Assembly (NCBI GenBank): GCA_964016885.1
Contig: OZ024741.1
Span: 325,066,001-325,130,000 of the forward strand
Reading direction: 5' to 3'
Source: Eledone cirrhosa
Lineage: Eukaryota
DNA: 64,000 bases
The first letter of the stretch is position 1; every line of letters starts with the position of its first letter. The notes below the pieces were generated by a model. That model saw nothing but the letters and a program-made list of their open reading frames with translations, made no database searches and had not been told where the DNA came from. Made by a program: the position numbers and the translations under genes. Positions 14,060 to 64,000 of the stretch are shown piece by piece.

Positions 14060-14766
14060 ATACTCCCGTGTCTCGAATAATTGATCCCTTCTACCCACCC
14101 CAAGTATCCACTTGTTAAATTTTGCTAATCTATCTCCGGCGAAATTTTATTTTAAGTGGCAACATTCCTGCGACAATTAATTTTATTTATACATGACAAA
14201 AAAGAACATTGCAAGAGATCCCATACGTTATAAAATAAATAGGATGTGTTGTGGTCCCAATATGTTATCTAAACGACTAATTCTGTTTTTTTTAAATCAA
14301 CGGAGACAACCAAGAAAAATTACCGATTTTCCCCCACCCACTAAAATCCCGGAGAGCTCAATTTGCTGGCCACTATCACCGAGCCAGCAATGAAATCATA
14401 TCCGCTCTCTTGCACTGGAACCCTGACTCCAGCCTGACTAGGAGTAGGAAGCTGTCATTCCCTGATGTTATCTCTAGGGATACAGGAATCAGCAGACAGG
14501 ACCTGGGGGCAGGGGATTCTGGGGCATGAGAGTGAGATCCATCATCTCGACAGTAGTCGACGAGTGATGGTGTGATGATTATTTGGGACTCATTGGAAGT
14601 AGAGTGCAACGTAGAGTTATGGCTCTTTAAGTTCTGAGTTCAAATCCCGCAGAGGTTAACTTTCCTTTTCACCCTTACGGGGGTCGATAAAATAAAGCAC
14701 CAGTATTGCATTGGGGTAATTGCTGGCCTTGTGCCAAAAGTAGAAAATTATTTGGGACTCGAGTAC
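14060..14766. mobile_element. TIR-bounded non-autonomous DNA element with SINE inserted; related copy inverted at about 30560-30760
   Basis: Ends tactcccgtgtctcgaataatt ... aattatttgggactcgagta; internal segment 14110-14180 matches reverse complement of 30626-30692. Confidence 0.55.
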
Positions 14767-14854
14767 ATGCGCAGAATAGAAATAAACAAATTGTAAACAG
14801 CCTTCCACTCCTACCATCCAAATACGTTTCTTCCCTCCTCCTACCACCACAATA

Positions 14855-14907
14855 TTTGAAATTCAGCCAATCAGCTTCTAGCTCGATTTTGATTGGTTAT
14901 TTTCAAA
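14855..14907 (+). promoter_or_regulatory. Putative G2/M-type promoter: CHR (TTTGAA) and two CCAAT boxes
   Basis: TTTGAA 14855-60, CCAAT 14867-71, ATTGG 14892-96, TTCAAA 14902-07; 120-170 bp upstream of the KIF11 ATG. Confidence 0.65.
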
Positions 14908-15023
14908 TTGCACCAAATACAAAAGTATTAATTCAGCCGAAATTTTTAAACCTAGTAGAATTGTTATTTTTGTGTGTAAATTGCTTAGTTTAATTAATAT
15001 TAAATCCAATTTTAGTGTAAAAA

Positions 15024-62935
<47,912 letters not shown>

Positions 62936-64000
62936 TATCGATCAAAAGGGGAGGAGAGGAGGATCCCTTTGGATCAATAGCCAGTGATATTGATGAGAAG
63001 GGATTCACTGAATTACTTCTTGTGTTTTTTTTTTTTATTATTATTTTTTTTTTTTTTTTGTGAAATCTTTTTTTTAAAGACCCTTCTTAAAGAAATGTGG
63101 GACTGATGGGTGCAGGTGGTTGAGAAAAACAAATGATATCCCAATATTGGTTTATCAAGGTGTTTTTTTTTTGATTTTCATAATATTATTATATATATAT
63201 ATATATATCATCATAATCACCATTTAATGTGTGTGCGCGTATATATATATAATTTACTTTTTCTCAGTCACCTCCCCTCCATAACCGTGTAATCTGCTGT
63301 GAAGGGCGGTTTACTTTGCGCTCTAAACACAACATACACCGACCGGAATGTGGTGGGGAAGATAGGGATGGGAGAGTAGGGATGTAAATAACCCCCCGTC
63401 TATCCAACCAGTTTTTTTTTCTTCTGTTGGACCACAGAACAGGGAAAGACGGGTGGATGGGTATATTTGTTGCCTCTGCCCTACTCACCATTCCTCCCTC
63501 ATTGCCTTACTTCGGTATACTCTTAGCATTTTTTTGCTGAATCCTTGCTGCAGAAAACATTGTGTATACATACATACATATATATGTATGTATATATTGT
63601 AATATGAATGACGATAATGGAAGAGAAGCACAAATGAAGAGCAGATGGCCTTGTGGTTAGGGTGTTTGATCCCTGATCATAATATGGTCATGCATTTGAT
63701 TCCTTCCTAGACATTGTTTTTCATGATAGGAGTGTGTCCTCTATCAATGAAACACCCAAGAAACCTCCTATGAGATACAACCTTGTTGGAGGCCAGATAA
63801 GCCTGCTTAGGTGTGAACTCTTAAGAACAACAACATGATAGAACTCCTGAGGGCTATTCGTGGAAAAACTCCACAAAAGCCAAGGTCACTCTTGACCAGT
63901 ACTTTGTAATCCCATCAAGATGAACTTTCATTTTTCAGAGGTCAATAAAAATAATAATTAACTGCTGAGGTGGGGAGAGGGATTGGTGTAATAGCCTGTT

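Overview
Eukaryotic, AT-rich, repeat-dense genomic DNA. The SINE/RTE repeat complement and microsatellite-rich introns suggest a coleoid cephalopod such as Octopus (inference). Two + strand intron-containing genes can be built from GT-AG junctions: the last four coding exons of succinyl-CoA ligase alpha (SUCLG1, 131-4740), and a complete 26-exon kinesin-5 (KIF11/Eg5/BimC, ATG 15024 to stop 62935, about 1047 aa by my exon count) with motor domain, coiled-coil stalk, BimC box, KEN box and D-box. The rest is mobile DNA: RTE-clade LINEs, CRE-like, CR1-like and Vingi-like LINE fragments, Tc1/mariner elements, a piggyBac fragment with related MITEs, hAT MITEs, a non-autonomous Helitron and many tRNA-derived SINEs. 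The most unusual structure is in KIF11 intron 19: a near-intact antisense RTE LINE with a PHD-type finger after the RT core, one frameshift, and a 2.6-kb hierarchical, near-identical tandem array at its 5' end, nested in a piggyBac that itself splits an older RTE tail. Also notable: the P-loop Ser codon AGC would be restored to the canonical kinesin-5 Gly by one A-to-I edit, and there is a mirror-symmetric CHR/CCAAT promoter.
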